DNA from: Octopus bimaculoides | Taxonomy: Eukaryota | DNA length: 38,270 nt | Direction of reading: 5' to 3' | Assembly (NCBI RefSeq): GCF_001194135.2 | Contig: NC_069004.1 | Coordinates: 25,300,102-25,338,371 of the forward strand | Shown: positions 1-9,700 of the stretch, piece by piece | Numbering within the stretch: the stretch's first letter is position 1 | Layout of the letters: every line of letters begins with the position of its first letter | Notes under the pieces: model-generated | Told to the model about the DNA's origin: nothing | The model's database searches: none | Seen by the model: the letters and a program-made list of their open reading frames with translations, nothing else | Translations under genes and position numbers: made by a program

Positions 1-252
1 ACCCTTTGATCCATAGCTTTCACTGATCCGTATACATGCATACATGCATACTATATGTATATACATATGTATATATGTATATATATGAGCATACACCTAC
101 ATAAACACTTGAATAATCATATGTTTAATGCTTTCATGTGGAATATGCTACCCATTTCTAAATATTATGTGAAGTATTCTGTGTTTTATATATATGTAAG
201 TTTATTACATAATATATAAATGTCATATAGGTGTGTGTGCGCGCACGTATGT

Positions 253-513
253 GAAGGTACGTAGCTTAGTGGTTAAGTTATTCGGCTCACGATCATAAAA
301 TCTTGAGTTCGATTCACGGCAGCGCGTCGTGTCCTTGAGCGACACACTTTATTTTACGCTGCCCCAGTCCACTCAACTGGCAAAAATGAGTAGTGCCCGA
401 ATTTCAAAGGGCCAGCCTTGTCACACTCTGTGTCATGCGTACGTTGTTTTAACGAGCTCCTTGTTCCATTGATCAGATCAACTGGAACACGCGCTGTTGA
501 AAACGACGGAGTA

Positions 514-515
<2 letters not shown>
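253..515 (+). mobile_element. tRNA-headed SINE (family S3), internally shortened
   Basis: A-box TAGCTTAGTGG, B-box GAGTTCGATTC; body and tail shared with the 5163-5461 and 8677-8993 copies. Confidence 0.75.
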
Positions 516-516
<1 letters not shown>

Positions 517-552
<36 letters not shown>

Positions 553-572
553 TGTGTGTGTGCGTGTGTGTG
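517..572. repeat. (TG)n microsatellite
   Basis: Read directly from the sequence. Confidence 0.95.
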
Positions 573-573
573 T

Positions 574-1143
574 TTGAAAGAGTGGTAAGATTAAGGATAG
601 CTGACTTCCTGGAGACCCCCAAACTCCTAAATGCAAATCAGCATGGCTTTCGCTGTGGCAGAGACTGTCTAACACAGCTCTTATACCACATTGAAGATAT
701 ACTTAAAGCCTTGGGAACAGGTTCGAACTCCAGTGTCATATATTTTGACTTCAGTAAAGCTTTCGACAGGGTTGACCATAATATCTTACTCTCAAAGTTG
801 GCAAATGTTGGAATCCGTGGAAAACCTCTACACTGGATTAAGTATTTCCTGAAGAATACAACACAAGAAGTTGTGGTCGATGGAGTCCACTCAAGCCATG
901 CAAAAGTCACCAGTGGTATCCCTCAGGGGACTGTCTTGGGCCCGCTCCTCTTTATAATTTATATAAATGACCTTTCCAGAGTCGTAAATCACTGCAAAGT
1001 GAAAATATTTGCTGATGGCACTAAGCTCCAGCAAATCTTCAATGAAGAAGAAGACTGAACCCAACTCCAGTCTGATCTATATGCTGTGAGTCAATGGGAA
1101 GACAAAAACGAAATACATCTGAACAAGGGAAAATTTGAACTGA
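574..1143 (+). mobile_element. Non-LTR retrotransposon reverse-transcriptase fragment (CR1/L2/Jockey-like), inactive
   Basis: QHGFR, YFDFSKAFDRVDH, SGIPQGTVLGPLLFIIYINDL and KIFADG (YADD position decayed). After an in-frame TGA at 1056-1058 homology continues: QSDLYAVSQW...LNKGKFEL. Confidence 0.9.
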
Positions 1144-1728
1144 ATCGATCTCCTTTGTTATATATCAAAATTTAGATAAGAGCTTTGACGCTAATATCCA
1201 TATGTATTAAAATATATATTTAATATATTTAATATATATGGATATTAGCGTCAAAGCTCTTATCTAAATTTTGATATATAACAAAGGAGATCGATTCAGT
1301 TCAAATTTTCNNNNNNNNNNNNNNNNNNNNNNNNNNNNNNNNNNNNNNNNNNNNNNNNNNNNNNNNNNNNNNNNNNNNNNNNNNNNNNNNNNNNNNNNNN
1401 NNNNNNNNNNNNNNNNNNNNNNNNNNNNNNNNNNNNNNNNNNNNNNNNNNNNNNNNNNNNNNNNNNNNNNNNNNNNNNNNNNNNNNNNNNNNNNNNNNNN
1501 NNNNNNNNNNNNNNNNNNNNNNNNNNNNNNNNNNNNNNNNNNNNNNNNNNNNNNNNNNNNNNNNNNNNNNNNNNNNNNNNNNNNNNNNNNNNNNNNNNNN
1601 NNNNNNNNNNNNNNNNNNNNNNNNNNNNNNNNNNNNNNNNNNNNNNNNNNNNNNNNNNNNNNNNNNNNNNNNNNNNNNNNNNNNNNNNNNNNNNNNNNNN
1701 NNNNNNNNNNNNNNNNNNNNNNNNNNNN

Positions 1729-2030
1729 ATAATGTCTTACGTTTAAGATGATTCCCATGCTTTCCCTGATGAGACGGTTACAATTTTAATATCAAAGATC
1801 CCTATGGATCACACAGGTTGTAATCCTTTGAAACATATGTAGGAATAAAGTATGCAATTATAACATGCGTTTTCTCCAATCCTTAAATTCTTAAATATAC
1901 TCAAATAACCAAAATTTCAAGGAGTTCCTGCCTTAAAAACAGGAGCTAACCACAGTTATTTTGTGTTCTTTGCTACATTGGTTTCTATTAACCCATTTAT
2001 TCTATCAGAAGAATTTTTATTCATTAAGAT
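1729..2030 (+). mobile_element. Hammerhead-bearing interspersed repeat H1 (Penelope-like or retrozyme-like); homologous to 13618-13837 and 16348-16505
   Basis: Near identity with 13674-13837 and clear similarity to 16348-16505. Confidence 0.7.
1761..1846 (+). ncRNA. Type I hammerhead ribozyme motif (family H1, copy A)
   Basis: UUCC / CUGAUGA / long stem II / GAAA / palindromic ACAUAUGU / GUA site / GGAA. Confidence 0.7.
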
Positions 2031-2044
2031 AGAAGAAATACACA

Positions 2045-2080
<36 letters not shown>

Positions 2081-2214
2081 ACAAACATCTAAACAAGCAC
2101 TCACTCTCGCATCGAACTATATTTAAATATACATTATCTATATATCTATATATCTATTTTTTTACATTGTATATTTATTGTATTTTATTTTGTTTGTATA
2201 TTCATATTTGTGCC

Positions 2215-2531
2215 TTGTTTGTTTTCGTCGCTTTTGAAGCGCCCGTGCCATTCGAAACATTGCGTACGACCCATTGCCGCGTCACTGTATGTTTGCAGAA
2301 GCATGCTCAATGTCACTGTAGCAGACTTGCCAAGTTTGATGCAAAATTTCACGTTGGCTCTTTGTTTCTGTCCACGACAAAATCGCAGACTACAACATAC
2401 ACAAATTTCACAACTTGTTAAATAAATACAGCGATGTCACTCGTCACACTGCCTCATGACAGGTAATTGTGTGCTGCCATCTGTCGACGCCCTACAAAAC
2501 TAGTCTGGAAGCGTTTTAATACCACCTCATG
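2215..2531 (-). mobile_element. Mariner 5' end remnant (TIR plus HTH N-terminus)
   Basis: Minus strand starts CATGAGGTGGTA, like the TIR at 25621, and encodes EQRANVKFCIKLGKSATVTLSMLLQTYSDAAMGRTQCFEWHGRFKS. Confidence 0.8.
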
Positions 2532-2857
2532 TGCGGGGGAGCGTGTGTGTGTCTGTGTATCTGCGTTTGTCCCCCATCACCGATTGACAATTGTCGTATA
2601 TATACATACATACACACACATACATACATACATTCCTCCATGGCAAGATTTAATTTGTGTATACAAATTTAATTTGCNNNNNNNNNNNNNNNNNNNNNNN
2701 NNNNNNNNNNNNNNNNNNNNNNNNNNNNNNNNNNNNNNNNNNNNNNNNNNNNNNNNNNNNNNNNNNNNNNNNNNNNNGGGGTCCATGTAATCGACTAGCT
2801 CCTTCCTTTAAAGTTTCAGGCCTTGAGCCTTTAGTACAAAGGATTATTAAATAATAC

Positions 2858-3024
2858 TAGGAATTTATGAAAAAATGTTTAAAATATTTTGTGCATCTTA
2901 GAAGTTGAGTAACTAGTTTAGTGCAACGGAGAACTAGGATAACTGGTTTATTGAACATCAGTTTTAACAACAAAATCCTGTGTGGACCTTCAATGGTCAT
3001 ATAGTCTCTGGTTGAGAACTCCTG
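2858..3024 (-). mobile_element. hAT-Charlie-type non-autonomous end fragment; paralog of 12098-12235
   Basis: Terminus CAGGAGTTCTCAA; aligns by eye with the 12.1 kb copy, which ends CAGTGGTTCTCAA. Confidence 0.55.
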
Positions 3025-3599
3025 AGGTAGAAGCTCCATCGTTGTCATAAATGTGACTGATGAATAAATAAAATATGTGATAGCATGTAGTTTGGTTGCT
3101 GTGGTGTAGTTCCGAGGTTGAATTGCACAAATGGTAGGCAAATTGATTTTGTAAAAAGTAGGCATTGGGTCAAGACTGAAAATGTGAAGACTTGGCAATA
3201 ACTCAAGCAAATTTTACTGTGAATTTGTTGTTATAGGTAGATTTTGCTGTAATATATAACTAATTTTTGTATTATTTTATTTATTGTACTAACTATTGTA
3301 CTATTATTTTTTATAATCTATTTTCAAATTGCTAATTATTAATTAATAATTAAAAATGAAGTTTTTTGAAGTGCAAAAAATATTTTGAGTTATTTTTTTT
3401 TTAATAGAAGTAACAAATAACAAATAGAAGTAATAACTTGTAATAATTTTTTTAGTTTTAATAGAAGCTAATATTTTCTAAATCTAAATATTTTATTTGA
3501 ATTTTTATCCTTAGCTGCGTATATTAATTAAAAATTTTCTTGTTCTGTACTTGATCAGATGTAATAACCTGTCCTGAACTTTTCCAAGTGTAATAACTT

Positions 3600-3770
3600 G
3601 TCTTGTACTTGTCCAGGTTTATAATCTTAAGAATATTATTTCTCTTGCTCGCGTTTTTCCCTTTAATAGTTGACATGTGTGTCGTGAACCCAAATTTGAT
3701 TTGGCAGATGCTTGGCACCATGGGAGATGGATTGACATTCAGGAATCTATTGTTCCATGAAATGATAGAA
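3600..3770 (-). mobile_element. Possible old LINE RT-thumb fragment (I/Ingi-like)
   Basis: FTTHMSTIKGKNASKRNNILKII resembles the thumb region of I-group LINEs, from memory only. Confidence 0.35.
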
Positions 3771-3775
3771 GCATC

Positions 3776-3863
3776 AGACCTGCCAAAGTACAGACCTGTA
3801 CAGACAAAGTACAGACAAAGTACAGACAAAGTACAGACAAGTACAGACCTGCCAAAGTACAGA
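3776..3863. repeat. 11-bp minisatellite (GTACAGACAAA)n between 20-bp direct repeats CAGACCTGCCAAAGTACAGA
   Basis: Read directly from the sequence. Confidence 0.85.
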
Positions 3864-4258
3864 ACGTGTAGACGTCCCCATGCAGGAGTCTCTCCTCACC
3901 GCTTGGTGAAGGGATGTGAACATTTTCCACGATTGTTTTCCCCCTCCCACCACCACCAAGAAGACAAATGCTTCAAAGAGATGCACAGTATGTAAAGCAG
4001 AAGGGAAACATAAGGAAACTAGATACCATAGTTCACAATGTGATATACCACTCTACCACACTAAAGTCAATATTTAAATTCACGTGATTGCAAATACATG
4101 AAGTTGATCTGACTTGTGCTGTCAAGTTTTCTTATTCAGGAATAATACCGCATGAGCGTCCTTCACAGAGATTTATTAATAGTTTAGGTAAATAAGCAGG
4201 CCTTGAACTAAAGCGATTGACGTAAATATACGCCGAACGTTATCTTGCTTAGGTTAAA

Positions 4259-4393
4259 GGCGGCGAGCTGGCAGAAACGTTAGCACGCCGGACGAAATGC
4301 TTAGAGGTATTTCGTCTGCCGTTATGCTCTGAGTTCAAATTCCGCCGAGGTCGACTTTACTTTCATCCTTTCGGGGGTCGATAAATTAAGTAC
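4259..4393 (+). mobile_element. tRNA-headed SINE family S1, truncated by an assembly gap
   Basis: GGCGAGCTGGCAGAA head, GAGTTCAAATTCC B-box, GTCGACTTT...CATCCTTTCGGGGTCGATAAA core; many copies at 29-33 kb. Confidence 0.85.
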
Positions 4394-5162
4394 NNNNNNN
4401 NNNNNNNNNNNNNNNNNNNNNNNNNNNNNNNNNNNNNNNNNNNNNNNNNNNNNNNNNNNNNNNNNNNNNNNNNNNNNNNNNNNNNNNNNNNNNNNNNNNN
4501 NNNNNNNNNNNNNNNNNNNNNNNNNNNNNNNNNNNNNNNNNNNNNNNNNNNNNNNNNNNNNNNNNNNNNNNNNNNNNNNNNNNNNNNNNNNNNNNNNNNN
4601 NNNNNNNNNNNNNNNNNNNNNNNNNNNNNNNNNNNNNNNNNNNNNNNNNNNNNNNNNNNNNNNNNNNNNGCCAAGAGTAGAAAAGAATATTGCTTAGGTT
4701 ACACTATGCTTCGAAAAAATACGATGAAATGGTTATGATTGGAACGGATTTGACTAAAGAAAAGGAATATATGTATGTACGCATGTATATATATATATGT
4801 ATGCATCTGTATGTAGTCTTTGTGATTGTCTTTGTCCCTCTCCCCACCACTTAACAACCATCGTTAGTTTGTTTACGACCCCGCAACATAGCAGTTCGGC
4901 AATGAGTTCAGTAAAATAAGCACCATACTTACTAAGAAAAAAAAAAGGTAAAAAAAAATCTGTTTGACTAAAATCATTCCAAGCAGTGCCTCAGCAAGAC
5001 TAAAGCTTAATGACTAAATCAAGAAAATATAAGAAATGACAATTTCTCCGATCCACACTTCTTTCTATTCTTACAGACCTCACTCTTATGAGAAACCCTG
5101 GTTTAACAGACTAGACATTTCAGGCTTAATGAATACTGGATGTTAAATAAAACTGGCACAAC

Positions 5163-5461
5163 GACAGGTGTTCCAGTTGATCCAATCATTGGAACAGCCT
5201 GCACGTGAAATTAACGTGCAAGTGGCTGAGCATTTCACTGACACGTGTACCTTTAACGTAGTTTACAGGGAAATCCAGCGTAACAAAGAACGTGACAAAG
5301 CTGGCCCTTTTGAAATGCAGATACAACTCCTTTTTTCCAGGTGAGTCGACTGGAGCAACGTAACATAAAGTGTCTTGCTCGTGGAAACAACGCGCCGCCG
5401 GGTATCGAACTCACGACTTTATACTCATTAGTCGGTTACCCTAACCACTAAACCACGCGCT
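5163..5461 (-). mobile_element. tRNA-headed SINE family S3
   Basis: Reverse complement gives GCGCGTGGTTTAGTGG...GAGTTCGATACCC; homologous to 253-515 and 8677-8993. Confidence 0.8.
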
Positions 5462-6138
5462 TTCACCTGACTGTTAGATATGTCGAACATTCACTTTCCT
5501 TCAAGGCCAATTTGCACCCTGATACATATATAATTTCCAGCAGGTAGACATACTCAGTATGTCCTTTGATTGATACACACACACACACGTGCGATTCTTT
5601 TCGTCTGTGTTTCTCCCTCTGACAATCGGTGCTCCGGTGTCGGTTTGTTTATATCCCCGTAATGTATCGGTTCTGTAAAAGAACCGTTAAATTAAGGAAT
5701 CACTAGAACAAGTACAGGGATTTGAAAAAAAAAGTAAATAAAACAACATAAGTACTAGGATCGATTTATTCGACTTAATTCTTCGAAGGTAGTACCCCAG
5801 GATGGCCGCCGTCCGATGACTTTTTTAAAAAAAAGTGAAAGATAAAATAGGGGATTAAGGAATTTATGAGCATAAACAAAGCGTGCGGGCATTAATCTAG
5901 CCTTGTAAAAACAAAAAAAAGTTATAATATACAATTTACGCCATGTTAAGACTGGATAAATGAATGAATAAATAAATAAATAAATAAAATGGGGTTTCCC
6001 AAGGCGCTGGTTAATCCCAATCATTGTTAATTTTCCATTTATCACCTTGACTAAAATCGCTCGCTGTGAGAATTATCTCCCCTGTTCAATCTTTAATCTC
6101 TCATATATCATTATTGTTTTCTGCTCTTCCAGAGAAGC

Positions 6139-6279
6139 ATGGCTTTTCGCCGTTTATCTTCGTGTTTCGGCAGAACCCTGTTAAAATGTTCTCAGCCACA
6201 GCCACTGGCATCGATACGGATGTCATCTCATTTTCCCATAGACGATTCTCTCTTTGGATTAACCGATGAACAGAAACAA
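6139..6279 (+). CDS. IVD: IVD exon 1: [10 protein letters not shown]...FGLTDEQKQ, with an Arg/Ser-rich mitochondrial transit peptide
   Basis: ATG at 6139, donor GTAAAT at 6280. No acidic residues in the N-terminal part; resembles the human IVD exon 1 end GLSEEQRQ. Confidence 0.93.
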
Positions 6280-6636
6280 GTAAATTATATTTTTAATTTA
6301 ATTATCATAGAATTCTCTTCTTCGTTTTCCCCTTCAAGAAATATTACGATGCTATCGTTGTTAAGCCTGAGGTCAGCCTTGGTCGGACTCACCTTTATGG
6401 TCAATGGCGTGCTGGCTTTGACCATACTTTTCTCATTTTTCAGACCTAGTGTATTAAATGAGGGAAACACTTCCGCCCGAATCTGTTTATTTTTTCAAAC
6501 GTAATTTGCAAATGATTTAGGGTTAGGGTTTAGCTGCTACTTCTAGTAGAATGACCCCTCCCCCTTGTTTTTGTTTCCTCATAACGTTCATAAAGGTAAA
6601 TATTTTTAAATGAAATTTTCTGTAAATGCTTTGAGA

Positions 6637-6706
<70 letters not shown>

Positions 6707-9700
6707 CGTGTGTGTGTGTGTGTGTTTCGAGCACTGTGCAGGTGTTATGTTTTACGTAATTTTGTGCAAATTGAAAAGGTACCTGACCTTCTACACAATA
6801 ACCAAAACTTGCTAGAAATAGCAGCTAAATTTTCCTCACATTACAACCTCCAGTCTTTTTCTGTATCGAACGCATTTTTAAAAACGGTAGGAGCACGTAT
6901 GTGTGATTTAGCTGCTATTTCCAGCGTATTTAGCGACTATGTAGAAGCTCTCAGTTGTTTGTCTATAAATTGGTTAGTGTCGTTTAAATTGCCATAGTTA
7001 GTAATAATACTGCTGTAACACTAACCAATAAACGAGGAGCATCTACATGATGGCTCATGTTAGAAATAGCAGCCAAATCTTCCAAATCACATTCTACTGA
7101 CTTTAAACTTAAAAAAAAAGGCACTTGGGTAATATCCTCTTTGACCCCTTCTTCTACCAAAGATGTGATGGTCACTACTGGATAGTCTTTAACTATAACT
7201 TTACTCGATCACGGCTGACTTTGGGCTAACAACAGCCGCTGATGGTTATGGAGCGAAGTTCGTATCTCTGTCTAGACAATTAGTTTTTAATTACTCTTGT
7301 AAAAATTAAATAAACTTTATGCGTGGCTTTGCACTCAGATGGAAGTTAATATTATCAAAACAACAGCACGTAATCTAGCATCTGGGCGAACCCGTAACCT
7401 TCTCGTAGGCTTGTCTCATTGTTACGTAACAGTTTTTCATTACCAAGCATATTCAATATATAAAAGCAAATCAGACCAAAACAAATGAAAATAGGGAGAT
7501 CTTTCGGAGAATGTGTATCAAAACTGAAAGCATTTGTTCGGCAATTTCTGAAAAGTTTTTTTCTTTTTTTTTTCTTCAGCTGAATCGCTTATATTCATGT
7601 ATTTTTTTTTTTTTAATTTGGTAATTTTTCAGATTAACATCCGCACGATCTTCACTGGGGTTTTAGGGTCAGGGTTAGTTTTAGAGTTAGGTTTAGGGTT
7701 AGGGTCACGATTAGGGTTTTAGGGTTAGTTTTAGAGTTAGGTTTAGGGTTAGGGTCACGATTAGGGTTTTAGGGTTAGGTTTAGGGTTAGGGTCACGATT
7801 AGGGTTTTAGGGTTTGGGTTAGGGAATTCCGTCCCTAACCATAACCCTAACCCTAAACACTAACCCTAACCATAACCCTAACACTAACCCTAACAACTTA
7901 GGGTGGAATTCTAGTTTAAGCACCCCATGTAACTCCCCACCGCCAGCACCACATGAGTTTTTTATTTTTTCGAAATTTATTTTCAAAACAGAATTTTTTT
8001 GCTTAAATCCCAACAATGGACCACCATTGAATGTATTCCATTAAATGTGTTTATGGGGAGAAAAATATTAAAAGGCATCAATACAGGGGCATAGCTGTGT
8101 GGTAAGAAGCTTGCTTCCCAGCCACTTGTGTGGCACCTTGGGCAAGTGTCTTCTGCTGTAGCCTCAGGCTGACCAAAGCCTCGTCAGTGGATTTGGTAGA
8201 TGGAAACTGAAAGAAGCCTGTTGTATATATATTTATATGTATACATAGGGTTAGGGTTATATGTATGTTTATGCTTGTGCCTTTGTGTCCATGTTTGTGC
8301 CCCCTCCCCCCACTACCACCACCATTGCTTGACAACCGATGTTAGTGTGTTTACATTCTTGTAACTTGGTGGTTCAGCAAAAGAGACCAATATAATAAGT
8401 ACTAGGCTTACAAGGAATAAGTCCTGGGGGCGATTTCTTCAACTAAATAAAACCCTTTAAGGTTGTGTTCCAGCATGGCCACAGTCAAATGATTGAAGCA
8501 AGAGAAAGAATAAAAGAAAACATGTCAGAATGACGAAGAAACGAAGAAAGTGTATCAGGTGGTCATAAGGTGTGCTAAAAACAACAGCTAAATCACCCTT
8601 AAATCATACAAAAATTTTTTTGTTTCATAATTGTATGATTTCCTGTGTGTAGAACACAAATTCACAAAAGGTGTGAAGGCATATAGATTAGTGGTTTGGC
8701 TATTTAGCTCACAATTTCAAGGTCATGAGTTCGATTCCTGATGATGCACTGTGTCCTTGAGCAAGTCGTTTCATTTCATGTTGCTCTAGTCCCCTTAGCT
8801 GGCAAAATTGAGCTGTACCTGTAATTCAAAGAGCCAGCCTGTCACATTCTGTGTCATGCCAAATCTTCCTGAGAACTACGTTAAAGGTATGCATGTCTGC
8901 AGTACTCAGCCATTTGTATTTTAATTTCACCAGCAGGCTGTTCCGTTGATTAGATCTACTGGAACACTTGTCATGATAACCGACAGAGTGCCAATCAGAT
9001 ACACTGGTTCTTGAGAAAATGCAGGATGACCATCACTGGAAAGCTTGTCAAAACCCCAGGTAAATTAGTTGGTTGAACCAGAATGCTTGTGCTCACTAAG
9101 GTTAAACAATAATGTATTCAATTTTATTCAAATCACAGTTTCATTCTAATTACTTCATTATAATTAAACATCATCATCATCGATTTATTTTGTTTATTAT
9201 TTCATTTTAGCTTCGAGAATCCGTTTTCCAGTTTGTCCAGAAGGAACTTGCTCCAAAAGCTCATGAAATTGATTGTAATAATAACTTCAAGGAAATACGG
9301 GTAAGTTACCAAACCTCCAAGGTGTTTAATGTCAAGGTGGTTCTTTTCGCTCTCCCATCCTATCACTCTTTCTCCTGCCTTCTTTCTCCCATCCTTCCTC
9401 TTCTCTCTCTAACCTCTCTCCTCTCTCACCCTCACTTTCCTCGTCCTTACTCCCCCACCGCACTTTCTCACTCCAACATCTAAGTCCATTCTGGTTTGAT
9501 TTCAGTCTAACTCCAAATTAACTCACAACAGTTATTAAGCTCTCAGCAAATGGAATAATCCAATAGAATAATCCACATTTTTTGAGCCAATATTCCAACA
9601 GAGTATTCCACATCTGACATGTTGATGTTGCATACATAGATATGTCCTAAATCAAAACTCCAGGTATAAAAAAAAAAGAAAAAAACGATCATTCTTCTTA

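Noticed and set aside
2857-3210. 117-aa minus-strand ORF
   Set aside because: No recognisable domain; it overlaps a hAT-type terminal fragment.
3776-3863. Short direct repeats (also the 12-bp CTGCTACTCAA-type array near 14140-14220) as a CRISPR-like array
   Set aside because: Eukaryotic context and no unique spacers; these are ordinary minisatellites.
7657-7894. Interpretation as an ancient chromosome fusion point
   Set aside because: It lies inside an intron of an intact gene with conserved structure on both sides.
8160-8192. Minus-strand CTGACGA-GGCT-TTGGTC-AGCC inside an S2 SINE
   Set aside because: No GAAA follows, and CTGACGA arises from point mutation of the SINE consensus.
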